DNA of 64,000 nt from NCBI GenBank assembly GCA_964247055.1, contig OZ176053.1:1302001-1366000 (forward strand), read 5' to 3'. The stretch comes from Paragordius varius (lineage: Eukaryota; Animalia; Nematomorpha). Within the stretch, counting starts at the first letter, position 1; every line of letters begins with the position of its first letter. Shown here one piece after another: positions 12,440-25,207 of the stretch. The translations under genes and the position numbers were made by a program. A model generated the notes under the pieces. The model searched no databases and had not been told where the DNA came from. It worked only from the letters and a program-made list of their open reading frames with translations.

Positions 12440-13340
12440 AAAATCAACTGATTAATTAAAACAACTAATTAAAAACAACCGATTAAAAAGAACTGACTAA
12501 TTAAAACATCTGATTAATTAAAACATCTGACTAATTAAAACATCTGATTAATTAAAACATCTTAATTAAAACATCTGATTAATTAAAACATCTGATTAAT
12601 TAAAACATTTGATTAAATAAAACAACAGATTAATTAAACAACTGACTAATTAAAACAACTGATAATTAAAAACTGACTAATTAAAACAACTGATAAATTA
12701 AAACAACTGATTAATTAAAACAAAGGTTAATTAAAACAAATGATTTAAACAACTGGTTAAAAACAACTAAATAAAAACAGCTGTTAATAAAAAGAAAACT
12801 CATTAAACGATAAATAATAATTTATTAAAACAAATGATTAAAAACAAAAGATTTAAAAACTGAATAAAACAATTGATTAAAATAACTGATTAAAACAACT
12901 GGTTGATTAAAACAACTGGTTGATTAAAACAACTGGTTGATTAAAACAACTGGTTAATTAAAACAACTGGTTAATTAAAACAACTGGTTAATTAAAACAA
13001 CTGGTTAAATAAAACAACTGATATTAAAACAACTGATATTAAAACAACTGATATTAAAACAACTGATATTAAAACAACTGACCATATAAAACAACTGATT
13101 AATTAAAACAACTGATTAATAAAGCAACAGATTAATTAAAACATATTAATTAAAACAACAGAATATTTAAACAACTGATTAAATAAAAGATTATTTAAAG
13201 CAACTGATTAATTAAAAAACTGATTAATTTTACAACTGACTAATTTAAAAAACTGATTAAATTACTGATTAATTAAAACAACTGATTATTTAAAACAATT
13301 GATATTCAAAACAACTGATTAAAAAGATTAAAACAACTGA
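12440..13340 (+). repeat. Minisatellite, ~15-17-bp unit (T)TAATTAAAACAACTGA(T/G)
   Basis: Dozens of tandem units with locally homogenised variants (…ctggtt…, …ctgata…, …catctga…). Confidence 0.9.
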
Positions 13341-13757
13341 TTTAACTGTATAAATACAAATGTTTAATAAAAATAACTGAATAAAAACCACTGTTTAAAC
13401 AATAGATTGATAAAAAATAAAAATATTAATAGAAAACGCTTGGGTTTTTAAAAACTGATTAAAAAAATACAAATAATAACCAAAATCCGATATCCAAAAT
13501 TTACTATCAGTTTTTGCGCAAATAAATCAGGCAACCAACATATTCTAAAATAAAAAAGAAAATATATTAAAATAAAATTAAAAAAAAATGCATTTATATA
13601 TAATGTAATTTATAAATAAACAGTTGGCATACTTTTGAATTTTAAAATTTTGTTTTTACAGAATATTTCAAGAAATTTTAGCGCTTTAATAAGAATTTTA
13701 CTGCCTTTTTAAAAATTATTTAAATAGCGCTTTTAAGAGAAGTTACAGGTTACTTCA

Positions 13758-14580
13758 AAGAGTTTTTGCGTTTTAAAAGAGTTTTTGCGGTTTTAAAAGA
13801 GTTTTTGCGGTTTTAAAAGAGTTTTTGCGGTTTTAAAAAGAGTTTTTGCGGTTTTAAAAAGAGTTTTTGCGGTTTTAAGAGTTTTTGCGGTTTAAAAGAG
13901 TTTTTACTGTTTAAAAAGAGTTTTTAGGGTTTAAAAGAGTTTTAACGGTTTAAAAGAGTTTTTACTGTTTAAAAAGAGTTTTTACTGTTTAAAAGAGTTT
14001 TTACTGTTTAAAAAGAGTTTTTACGGTTTGAAAAGAGTTTTTACTGTTTAAAAGGATTTTTACGGTTTAAAAAGAGTTTTTGCGGTTTTAAAACAGTTTT
14101 TACGGTTTTAAAAGAGTTTTTACGCTTTCAAAAAAAATTTTAAGAGTTCAAAAAGAGTTTTTAGAGTTCAAAAAGAGTTTTTAGAGTTCAAAAAGAGTTT
14201 TTAGAGTTCAAAAAGAGTTTTTAGAGTTTTTTTACGGTTTTAAAAGAGTTTTTTTACGGTTTTAAAAGAGTTTTTGCGGTTTTAAAAGAGTTTTTGCGGT
14301 TTTAAAAGAGTTTTTGCGGTTTTAAAAGAGTTTTTGCGGTTTTAAAACAGATTTTAGGGTTTTAAAGTTTTTACGATTTATTAGGGTTTTAAAACAATTT
14401 TTAGGGTTTTAAAACAGTTTTTACGCTTTCAAAAAAAAATTTTAAGAGTTCAAAAAGAGTATTTAGAGTTTTTTTACGGTTTTAAAAGAGTTTTTGCGGT
14501 TTTAAAAGAGTTTTTACGGTTTAAAAAGAGTTTTTACGGTTTTAAAATTTACGGTTTTAAAAGAGTTTTTATAGTTTTAC
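13758..14580 (+). repeat. Minisatellite, ~19-21-bp unit AAAAGAGTTTTTGCGGTTTT
   Basis: Tandem units with variant runs. Degenerate 'tttagc(a/g)gtttt' copies continue to ~15650 and occur at ~10200-11250. Confidence 0.9.
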
Positions 14581-15869
14581 GAGTTTTTACAGTTTTTGAA
14601 GAATTTTAGACAGTTAGGAATTTTAGCAAAAATTTTAGCAGTTTTTAGATAATTTTAGCAATTAAAAATTTTAGAGTTTTGTAGATAATTTTATGCGTTT
14701 AAAAAAATTTTATAGATTTTGAATGATCTTAGAAGTGTTAAAAGATTTTGTGAGGTTTTAATAGAATTTAAGCAGTTTTTAAAAAATTCAACCAGTAATT
14801 TTGGCACTTTTTTAGAAAATTTTAGCAGTTTCTAAATAATTTAAACAGTTTTTAATAGTTTTAAGCGTTTAAAAAATTTTTTGAAGTTTTAAAATTTAAG
14901 AGGTTTTTAAATAATCTTAGAAGCAGTTTAAAAATTTTAATAAATAGACTTTTTAAATAATTTTACAAGTGTTAAAAAATTTTTTTGAGGTTTTAAAAGA
15001 ATTTAAGCAGTTTTTAAAGAGTTTGAGTTTTTAGAGAATTTTAGCAGCTTTTTAGATAATTTTAATAGTTTTCAAATAATATTAGCAGTTTTTGATAATT
15101 TTAAGCGTTTAAAAGAATTTTTGAGGTTTTAAAAGAATTTTAGAGTTTTTAACTAATCTTAGAAGCAGTTTATATAATTTGTGCGTTTTTAGATATTTTA
15201 AGAAGTGTTAAAAAAATTTTTGAGGTTTTAATCGTTAGCTGATTTTAAAAAATTTTGATAGTTTTTAGAGAGTTATCCCGTTTTTAAAGAATTATAGCAG
15301 TTTTTAAAATATTTTTTATATAATATTGGCCTTTTTAAAGAATATTAAAATTTTTTACCTCTTTTAGAAACTTTCTAATAATTTTACATTTTAAATATAA
15401 AAAAACTGCGCTTTTTTTACGAAACATACCGCTTTTTAAGTATTCACAAGAAATATTAGCCCAATTTAAGAAAACTTTAAGAAATTTTACTCTTTTTAAG
15501 TGAGCGCTTTAAAAATTTTAAGAAACATACCGCTTTTTTAATATATCACAAGAAATATTAGCGCTATAAACCATTAAGAAGTTTTAATGTTTTCTCAATA
15601 CCGCTTTTTATTAATTTTTATTGAAAAATTTTAGTAAATTTTTAAGGTTTTTAGAACTTTAAATGCGTGTTTAAATACTATATTTTACAATGTGAAATAT
15701 TTAGGAATCAAAAAACGAATTTTGCAAATTGGTGATATTTTAGATATAAAAATTCATCTCATATATTTGAATGTAAACATATTTTATACACACTTATTCC
15801 ATATTTAGTTAAAAATATTTTATATTTAAACAACTAATTAAATAAGTAATAAATTTATTTTATTCAACA

Positions 15870-16550
15870 CGCATGCACCATAATTAAAAAATATAAACAA
15901 GTTATTCAAGAACAGGAGACCAACATTGTAGCAATTATAATTTAATAAATAGACATTTATTAAATTCTTTATTAGAAAATCTGCATTGAATTGATAATAT
16001 TTGCCAGGTTTTTATTAAATTTTAACATAAAGAAATTATACGAATTAATAATATGTGTTAGCTTTTTATTAAATTTTAACGTAAAAAATTATACGACTCA
16101 AACTGAATAGAAACATATGTTAAACTTTTTGTGTTGATTTCCTTTGACAGAAAAATAAATATTCAAGATCAAGAGAGCCATTAATAATTTGTAACAATAT
16201 ATAATTTAAACATTTATTTAATTTTATTAGTGCATTGAATTACTAATATTTGCCAGGTGTTTATTAAATTTTAACATAAAGAAAATATACGACAATCTAA
16301 ATTGTAACATATGTTAAACTTTTTGTGCTGATTTCCTTTAACAAAAAAATAAATATTCAAGAACAAGAGGCCTATTCATACTTTCTAGCAATATATAATG
16401 TAATAGACATTTATTTGATTCTAATTAGAATATTTGCATTGAATTGAAAAATATTTGCTAGCTTTTTATCAAAATTTAACATAAAAATAATTATACGACT
16501 CAAACTAAATAGAAACATATGTTGAACTTTTTGTGTTGATTTCCTTTAAA
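15870..16550 (+). repeat. ~200-bp tandem repeat (about 3 copies); unit-2 counterpart ~42750-43420
   Basis: 'aacatatgtt(a/g)aactttttgtg(t/c)tgatttccttt' recurs at ~16112, ~16306 and ~16514. Confidence 0.8.
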
Positions 16551-17197
16551 AATGTAAAATTTAACTAGACGAAAAAGGTTACAAATACAACATTAAATAA
16601 GCCATTTATTCCAAAATATTATTAATTCTATGGTTCAAAATTTACAAGAGGTAAAATTATCGGCCAAAAGCAAGAAAAGATCAAAAAAATCTTGCATTAA
16701 CTTTAAAATCCAATCAATAATAGTGCTTTCTACTGTGATTCAAACAGTACCTTAAAGCAATTATAACAATCTATGTTATCATATAGACAAAACATGCAAA
16801 ACTTACCATTGATTAGGTTAAATTGTTATAGTTTTGCATTTCGGTTGCTCCTCAACATGTAATTCACAAATCATTGTTCATTGTTTACGATATCGGTTTA
16901 AGGTAAAACTATAAATTAAAAAATTTTTTTTACCTTAAATGGGTAGATATATTATTGGTTATCCTTTGGATTTCCAGGATTTAATAGTGTGTCTTTATTG
17001 AACATTTGTTTCGTCTAAATAATTAATTAAATTTAATATAATTACCATAATAAAATAATCCATGTTAGCAACAATACATTGTGCATAGTCGGGATAAAAG
17101 ATATAGGAAGAGGAGTTAAAATCATTCTATCCATAAAATGTAATTTACAAAAAAAATTTAAATTAATAAAATAAATATATTTTTTATCGTTTATATA

Positions 17198-17360
17198 GGG
17201 GGGAAAGCACACGTGTGTGTGCTCACCCAATCAAATTAATGTGCGCATTGCGCCTTTTCTCTCCCCTTCTAGAAAAATAGTGCACACGTATTTATTCCCT
17301 CTCTTATTTGTTTACTAATATGTTGCGCAACATTTTCCATGGCGCACGTGCTATTTTTTT
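17198..17360. promoter_or_regulatory. CpG/palindrome-rich island in AT-rich spacer (counterpart ~44060-44230)
   Basis: CACACGTGTG, CCAAT, TGCGCATTGCGC, the 14-bp palindrome ATGTTGCGCAACAT (17320-17333) and a second CACGTG. Confidence 0.3.
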
Positions 17361-18319
17361 TTTCTTATTTAGCATGATGCAATATAATGGAAAAAATAAA
17401 TAAAATTAATTAAATAAGTAAGTAAATAATTTGAAAATATTTTAAAATCCAAATATATATCTATATTTTAGGTTATGTTTGATTAAATATTCCTAATATT
17501 TATTAATGATATATTAGTTAATTAGTACTTAATATGTTGAGCTTTAAGATATCATAAAAATAATTTAGAAAAACATAATTATTCCTAATTCTATATATAT
17601 TTATCTAATCTTTATATTTATAAATGTGTGTAAATTTCATTGGTAGTATATGTCATATACGGGATTAATTAAGTTAACCACAATCTAATTAGTTTTATTT
17701 GAATTAAATATTATAAAAATTATATATAAATATATATAAAAGTTTGCCTTTTAACCTGCACAAATTATTGTGGATTAATTGAAAATTATATATGATTTAT
17801 CAGGCTATTATTTCATTTCAATTTGGTTTTATAAGGATTAAAAACTGTCTAGGGAAACTAGTTATAATAGCACAAAATAAGTTATACATATTAATATTGT
17901 TTTAATATTATAAGCCAAAGGTTGACATTTTTCTCATTATAAATGATTCAATCAAATATTGTAGCAGCATATAATTTATAAGTTAAATATCTTTTAATAC
18001 TATATTGAATTTAGTAATCCAATTAATCAGATATTTCTCAATTTTATCAATTATTAATTAGGAATATGAAAGTCAAACTAACTCTGAAGTACTATCTAAC
18101 TTTTTTCTTATGAAAAAGCTGGGTAGGAAAAATGCAATATTGTTGGGTAGTTTTATTATTAACTCTGGCACGAATTAATATTAATTTCAGTAGTTTTTGA
18201 AAACAGCTAATTAATATTCTTATTTGGATATCTCTTTCAACTAGAGCATTCATTATTATACTTTAAAATTGCAAAACCAACACAAATGTTTTAATTACTT
18301 TAATACAGAATAAATTTTA

Positions 18320-18433
18320 GGGTTTTCGAGTTTGTGGGCTAGGGTTAGGATGAGGGATTGGAGTTGGTTCTTTTTCTTAAAAAAGTCCGCAGGACTTCCT
18401 CGGGCTGCGAAGCAGGCCGAGACCCACGCATTT
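18320..18433 (+). repeat. G4/twin-hairpin ~115-bp element
   Basis: gggttttcgagtttgtgggctagggttagg...aagtccgcaggacttcctcgggctgcgaagcaggccgagacccacgcattt. Confidence 0.9.
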
Positions 18434-19099
18434 ATTTTTGAAATATTTTTCTCTAAAAAATATATATTTACGAAACTTTATATTATATTATCAATATGTG
18501 AAAAGATATTAATATTGGATAGATACTATAATACTCTCGTCTAAAGTAAATGATACCTAAGTTAAAATTATTTTTTAACTAACAATTATAGATATGTGCT
18601 AGTTTCATTAAAGAAGATCAATGGATAAAAAATATCTTAGCTGTAAATTATCCTATCCTTAACATTTAACAGGCATATTTATTTATTTTTTATCAGTTTT
18701 ATATATGAATGTTATTCAGTAAAATACTAAATTAATTTTTTACTATCTACTTAATGTGTGATTAATGCTCAAAGATAATTATAATTATAAATTAGTATGT
18801 TTATTCCAAATTAGGCCTTTCTAACAATTTCTACATTTATTGTTAAAGTAAAAACTTATTATAACTTAAACATATATATGGCTAAGGTGACCAGATTTTT
18901 TCAAGGAAAAAGCGGGACAAATCTGAGAGGGGGGTCATTGGGGGGTACAACCAAAAATTTTTATACAAAAAATTATTGTAATATTTATTTATTTTTAACA
19001 CAAATACATTATAAAAATAAAAAAAATTTGTACCTTACAGGTTGTTTGTACCTTATTCAATAAATTTACATATGTCGAACAAAGGGTGAAGTGATTGTA

Positions 19100-19830
19100 A
19101 TATTCCAGAAAAGAATAATAAAGACGAAATCATTACAAAGTGCGCTGGGTGATGCAAGAAGCGGCACAAAAAATATTTTCACAATTTAGCGAATAATCTT
19201 AATTAAACATTATTGGCAGATACACAACGCTATTCAGACAGCTACTGATTTGTTAACCCTGTATGTAGAAAATATAGATGTTAAATGCTTGGATATTGTA
19301 GAACTGTTGGTTAGCTCTTTTGCCAGCGATTGAAATATTCATAAAAATGTGATCTCCTAGAATCCTATTTTTTATCATAGGACAAAGGTCAAAATTCCAA
19401 GTCAAAAAAGGTTAGAAAATAATTTTATACCATTACCTAATCGCAATATTATAAAACATCCAGAAAAACAAGGCTCGATGAATAGCCAGAATATAAAAAT
19501 GTTTTATACAAAACAAGACGGTGCACAATGACACTTTTTATGAAGTTTCATTATTAAATAATATTGAATGAAAACTTAAATTATGGACAACAGAAAAAAA
19601 TACGTAGGATAGAAATGGTTAAAATAATCATTTTTAAACAAATTATGTTCCATACAAAAATATTTTAATTATAAAATTTGCATTATCTTTACCTGAACCA
19701 CTGCTATTGAACGCGTTTTTCCACAGTAAATTAAGTAAGGACACGAAATCAAATTTAAATGTTGAATAAAAACCATTTTATGTGTTCAAATATAATTTGA
19801 CAAATTATGAAGACATATACAATATTTTAA
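19100..19830 (+). pseudogene. Second, heavily deleted hAT transposase fragment in opposite orientation inside the same element
   Basis: Plus-strand blocks such as 'atacacaacgctattcagacagctactgatttgtta', 'tgcttggatattgtagaactgttggttagc', 'ttagaaaataattttataccatta' and 'gcgtttttccacagtaaat...aaatcaaatttaaatgttgaa' match the minus-strand transposase in the same order. Confidence 0.85.
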
Positions 19831-19939
19831 GTAATTTTGTTTATTTTTTAACACAAAAACTTTATTATAAGAAAATATTTTATTCATTGGTATTTTTTTT
19901 TGAGCGAATGCGTTTTAGCAGATTGTCATCATTTTTTAA

Positions 19940-21644
19940 AATATTGTTGAAAAGTCTTTACAAGAATTTGTCAAATTATATTTGACAGATAAGACGGCCT
20001 TTAAAGTTTCAACATTTAAATTTGATTTTTCCAATGTCCACGCCTGATTTACTGTGGAAAAAAACGCGCTCAGTAGCAGCGTTGGTTCCAGGTAAAGATA
20101 GTGCGAATTCCACAATTTTTAGTTTATTATTGTATGTAATATAGTTGGCTTCAAAGTGATGAAATATTTCCAACCATTTCTTTTCTACTGTATATTTTTC
20201 TTTTGTCCATAATTTAAGTTTATTATTATTAATATATCTAACTAATGATACTTCAGAAAAGAGATCATTTTCTGAGATTACTTTTTGAGAATTTTTGGGA
20301 GCAATTATAACCAAATGATTTTTAAACATCGCACCAATTAATTCTGATTTTAATGTTATACAATGAAAATGATCCATTTTATTGAATTGCGTCGTCCAAT
20401 CTTCCAAATAATCTTTACAGTTTGTATAAAACATTTTTATATGGTACAGGATATCTTGGCGATTTATTATTCCTTGTTTTTCTAAATTATTTATTATATT
20501 ACGGATGATTAATGGTATAAAATTATTATCTAACCGTTCTTGACATTGGAATTTTAGGTTACTAACTTCATTGGCTACTTCGATTGCCGAAATTTTTTCA
20601 CCTTCTATAAATTTAATAACATTTTGAAACAGAGAAGCTTGATTATGTAAGAATAACCATATTTTTGAAGAATCCCTTTCAAAAAACTTTTTTAAAGTTG
20701 AAGGACATTTGTCCCGTGATAAAAAAATTTTTAAAGGATCATACATTTTTAAAATACTTTCGATAGCTGGCATAAAAGCTAACCAACGAGTTTTACAATA
20801 TCCAAGCATTTTTTGATATTCTGCATTTTCACAGAATTCTTTAATCGTTTCAACACGTACCGTGTATATATAAAAATAGGAATATATTTTAACAACTACA
20901 TTTTCCACATCTAGGGGTAACAAATCAGCAGCTGTTTGAATAGCGTTGTGTATTAAATGGACTGTACACCCAACGCCAATAATGTTTTGATTAAGATTAT
21001 CTGTTAATTTATGAAAAGTATTTTTTGTTCCCCTCCTTGCTTTCCACCAAAGTTCGTATTGGTGTTGTCAGCGCAATATGCGATAATTTTGTCTTTTAAA
21101 TTATTTTTTTCTATATGCATTATTGGAGTAAATATTATTTCGGAATTTTCACTGGGTAGAGAAATTAAATCTAAAATTTTGGGAAATAATTTTGCTTCAT
21201 GGTGATTTGATGCATCAGAGTATAGGGATAAGATATTAATTTTCAGCAAATCTTTTTGTATTTCAGAAAATGCATGTGGCGAAAGGACATTGCACACAAT
21301 GGCTTTGGCCTTTATACCGGCACATGTAAAGTTTATATGGAATAATGTGCGAATAACCTAGATACAGTCCATAGATCTAAAAGAATGATTGTGATTAACG
21401 GCGTGAAAAGACTCCAAATGCGGTTTTTCGAAAAAAATCGCTCATTTTGTAAGATGATGCCGCCATATCTAAACGTTTTTTATGTTTCTGTGTTTCCATA
21501 TGCTTTGTAGTATCAAGCTTCCATGTGCTAGGGTGAATTCCCCCTGGCATATAAGACATTTAACAAATGATTCATTCTTCGTTTTTTTGCTAAAGGAAAA
21601 TCTTTCATTAATTCATCGTTGAATTTACCTCTTTTTGTGCTCAT
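19940..21644 (-). pseudogene. hAT transposase, frameshifted
   Basis: ORFs 20009-20923 ('LGYCKTRWLAFMPAIE', dimerisation-domain 'LSLPGTNAATERVF') and 21004-21297 ('YSDASNH', 'CADNTNTNFGG'), plus a broken N-terminal part from ATG 21644. Several stops and frameshifts. Confidence 0.9.
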
Positions 21645-22261
21645 ATTTATAAACTACTATTAGTATAATAAATATTATATTACCTTAATTTTCTAGAATA
21701 AACTTGTAAGGTACCGATTTGTGGTATCAATTTGTCTTTTAAGCTACCGATTTGTGGTATTAACTTGGCTTTTGATAATGATGACAGTAGTAGTAGGAAG
21801 CAAAGTGTATAATCATATGATATAAATTCGAAAAAAAAAATAAATATTTTTAAAATAAAAATAAAAAATTTTAATTTAAAATTTAAACGGATAAAAAAAA
21901 TTTATTTGTATTAAAAAAAATTTTTTTATATAATCGTGAAAAAGCGGGACATTTTAAAACGTAGCGGGAGGCGGGACAAAGTGTGAAAAAGCGGGACGTC
22001 TGGTCACCTTATATATGGCATACTTTTATACTTTAAATTTAATAAATGGGCATATTTTAAAGTAAACATCAAAAGTTATTAACAATTAAAATTTAAGATA
22101 ATATCTATGTTAATAGACTATCAATTCAATGCTAATTTTAGATTTAAACAATCTAGTATTTAATTTATATATAGTGTTTATAACTAATATATCCCAATAT
22201 TAAAAAATAAAAAGAACTTCGATGATATCGTAGAATTAAATGCAAGTTATAAGTACTTTAA

Positions 22262-22364
22262 GGTTTTCGAGTTTGTGGGCTAGGGTTAGGGTGTGGAGTT
22301 GGTTCATTTTCTTCAAGAACTTCGCAGGACTTCCTCGGGCTGCGAAGCAGGCTGAGACCCACAC
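22262..22364 (+). repeat. G4/twin-hairpin element, variant copy; a more degraded copy lies at ~23006-23105
   Basis: Clear alignment to 18320-18433 with unrelated flanks. Confidence 0.85.
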
Positions 22365-24015
22365 TTTTTGTTAAATTTAAGATTGTTAATACAAAATTGC
22401 GCTGATAGATGAGCATTGGTTATTATTTTAGCGTGGTTATGTAATATGTAATAAATCCTATATTGATATTATAAACTCTGATAAATTATATTTTATGTTA
22501 GAAATTATTGTTAGCTAAATTTCAGTATGTTACAGTTTTTTGTCATTGACTTTATATACCATCGCATCTAAAATATATATTTAATAAAAGGATATAGTAA
22601 ATGACCAATATACCAATTAAACCATTTATGATTTTAAATTGGAAAATACGTATAAATAAAATAAAGGTATAATAAATTTAAACCCTTATTATATAAGTAT
22701 ATACCGATTAAAATGTAAAAAATATTTATCAATTAATAATATACAATATCCTATATTTATTACCTTTTATTATAATCAACCATAAAAATTTATTTTAATT
22801 TTCTTAAAACTCCTCTTTGCCAAAAACTAATATTACGATTCTACAATGTTTGATTATTTAACTTAATTAAATATATATAAATATACAGGAAATATACAAA
22901 AGTACAATAAGATCACCTATAAATTTGATTTTTATATAAATATTGCTCAATAAAATAAATTTAGCAATATATAAATTGATAAAAAATTTATGAAAGTATA
23001 GTTAAAGATTTCGAGGGAGATGGTTGAGGCGTATGTTGAGAGATTAGAAATGGTTCGTTTTCTTAAGATGTCCGCACATTGCCTTATGGCACGCTTTCTG
23101 TCCACAAATTATTTCTAAAAATTTCAGTCTTGCTTTTATTTACAAAATCCTAAATATCTGGATTCCGGATCGAAAAGTGCTTTTGTAAGCTGGTATTATA
23201 CAGTCGAAGATATAAAAAAGCAATCAATAACACAAATATATTTTTATATATATGTGCCTACGATTTTTGCCAAAAAAATATATATTTTTTTTAAGTATTG
23301 GCTTACAAATCAGGTTAAATATACCCAAATTATTAATTACTATGTTTATAGCCTTGGATTTAATTGTGCCCTTTATCATAAAGAGGTTATGCTAAATTAA
23401 TTTTACAAAATTAATAAGGTGATAATATTTAAAATTAGAACACAATATGAAAGAATATACGCATGCTGAATTTTCCATTTCTACTATATTTGGTTATTTT
23501 AAAAATATATACATTTTTAGTTTTAATCAAGAAGCGAAATACTCTAAACTGTTTTTTATTGACATAATCAACTATCATACTCACTCACTTTGCCGATAAA
23601 ACTATGCTTTCGCTTAAATTAATTCAAAAAACATCCATATATTAACTTATTTCGTTTATATCAGGCGAAATCCACACATGCATAAATTCAAAAATTTTCT
23701 ATGCAAGCCACACTTCTTTTTGACAATCACCTTTTCTAGCTAAATTTTAAATTACATCTCATTGATCTATCAATAATTCCTAAATATTAACGAACGAACA
23801 TTTATATTTATGAAAAATTCCAATTTGTATAATGATAAGGAAAATAAAAGAAGATTGGTAATCATTATTCCTATATTTATAAAATTAAAAAAATAACTTT
23901 ATGAACATATATAATAACTAATTCGTTTCTTCACAATGTTCAAATTTTTTCATTGCTTGTTTAAATTTTATTATGAACTTACCGCAAAAGTATACTAATT
24001 ATAATTTTTTGCTAG

Positions 24016-24299
24016 TATTAGTCCTGATTGATGTTAAGGATGTCGAAATTTATCCGGACAAAGTGGAAAAACCCATATTGGGTGAGGAAATGAACCGATC
24101 AGCTTATATAACACTTCACAATACTTATCCGATTGATGAATCAAACCAATTAAAGTATTGTTTATTAAATATTAACAGTAAAAATCATAAAAACTTATAT
24201 AAATTACAAAAAAATGACTATGGTTTTGGTAGGAAAACCATATTTTTTGACCAGTTGCGCAATAAGAATTTTAAATTTAACACACAACCCTCAATTTAA
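24016..24299 (+). pseudogene. Nup98/Nup96 autopeptidase (S59) domain-like fragment, copy 1
   Basis: 'LIDVKDVEIYPDKVEKPILGEEMNRSAYITLHNTYPID' resembles Nup98 '[39 protein letters not shown]'. The HF/S cleavage motif was not found downstream. A possible further exon at ~24396-24540 has an altered acceptor (aacgg vs aacag in unit 2). Confidence 0.6.
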
Positions 24300-24730
24300 C
24301 TCTGGTCAATTGTATGTATGTAAAAAAAAATTAAAAAATAAAACGAAAATATTACATTTCTATTACTTTATACTATATATTATCCAAAATTAACGGTGCC
24401 AGACTCAGTCTTTTCAGTAGATTCGACTGATTCAAATCCGCTCTTCTCATCTTTCCATCAAGACAGCAATGAAATTCAAGAAAATATTGATAATCGGGAT
24501 TTGTCTTTTATATCGACAATTTATCTGGACACCTTCTGGTATATTATTATATATAAAGAATATTTTTACTTTACTGTGTAAATATTGGAGTTTTTTTTCA
24601 AATTTTCATAACTGAGGCTTCCCCAGTTAAAAAAGTTAGTCAATTTAGTTCAAACGGAAAATCGAATTTTGCACATATTAGAAAGATTTTGATGTTTAAA
24701 ACCAAATTACTTTATTATTTTATATATATG

Positions 24731-25021
24731 CAATAAAAACTGAAATTATACGGACAAAATGTAAAAATATAAAGACAAATATTTTTTTCTAAAAAAAACC
24801 CATACTTTTTAAATCTTGACTTATTTCAATATAACTCATTGTTTTAATAAGGCAAAGTGTGAAACATATATATTACTATCATAATCAATTGTATATTTTT
24901 TTACAATGGTAAAATAACTTATATGGGAAACATTAAGATTCTAATAAGTATAGTTGTTTTTAGATAACTATATTTGTCTTTATATTTTACCGTTTTGTCC
25001 GTAAAATATTAATTTTCACTG
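24731..25021. mobile_element. Tc1/mariner-type MITE between the Nup98 fragment and the FANCD2 3' end
   Basis: Same TIR family. Confidence 0.8.
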
Positions 25022-25207
25022 TAATATAAAATTGATCATTTTCATGTAACCAAGTTTATTTATTAAACTTAATTCTGTTAGGAGCTATGGTCAGCTTTTT
25101 CTAACTGCTCTTTAATTTTATTTTTCCTCTAAAATAGAACAGAAATGATAAGCAGCCACAATTCTGTGCGTAACATGGAAAACGAATTGAAGATAAACGA
25201 AGATGAT

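Larger units (their letters stand above)
18883..22011 (-). mobile_element. hAT DNA transposon, Blackjack-like, 3129 bp, defective
   Basis: TIR TAAGGTGACCAGA at both ends; 8-bp TSD TATATGGC (18875-18882 and 22012-22019); empty site with a single TATATGGC in unit 2 (~45743-45750); subterminal GCGGGAC repeats; transposase remnants inside. Confidence 0.95.

Noticed and set aside
12440-14580. Regular short repeats as a CRISPR array
   Set aside because: Units are directly tandem with no unique spacers, the context is eukaryotic and there are no cas genes.
17042-19985. Short ORF-track ORFs (17042-17230, 18332-18544, 18878-19063, 19782-19985) and their unit-2 twins
   Set aside because: Low-complexity AT-rich translations that overlap repeats or TE ends and show no recognisable motifs.
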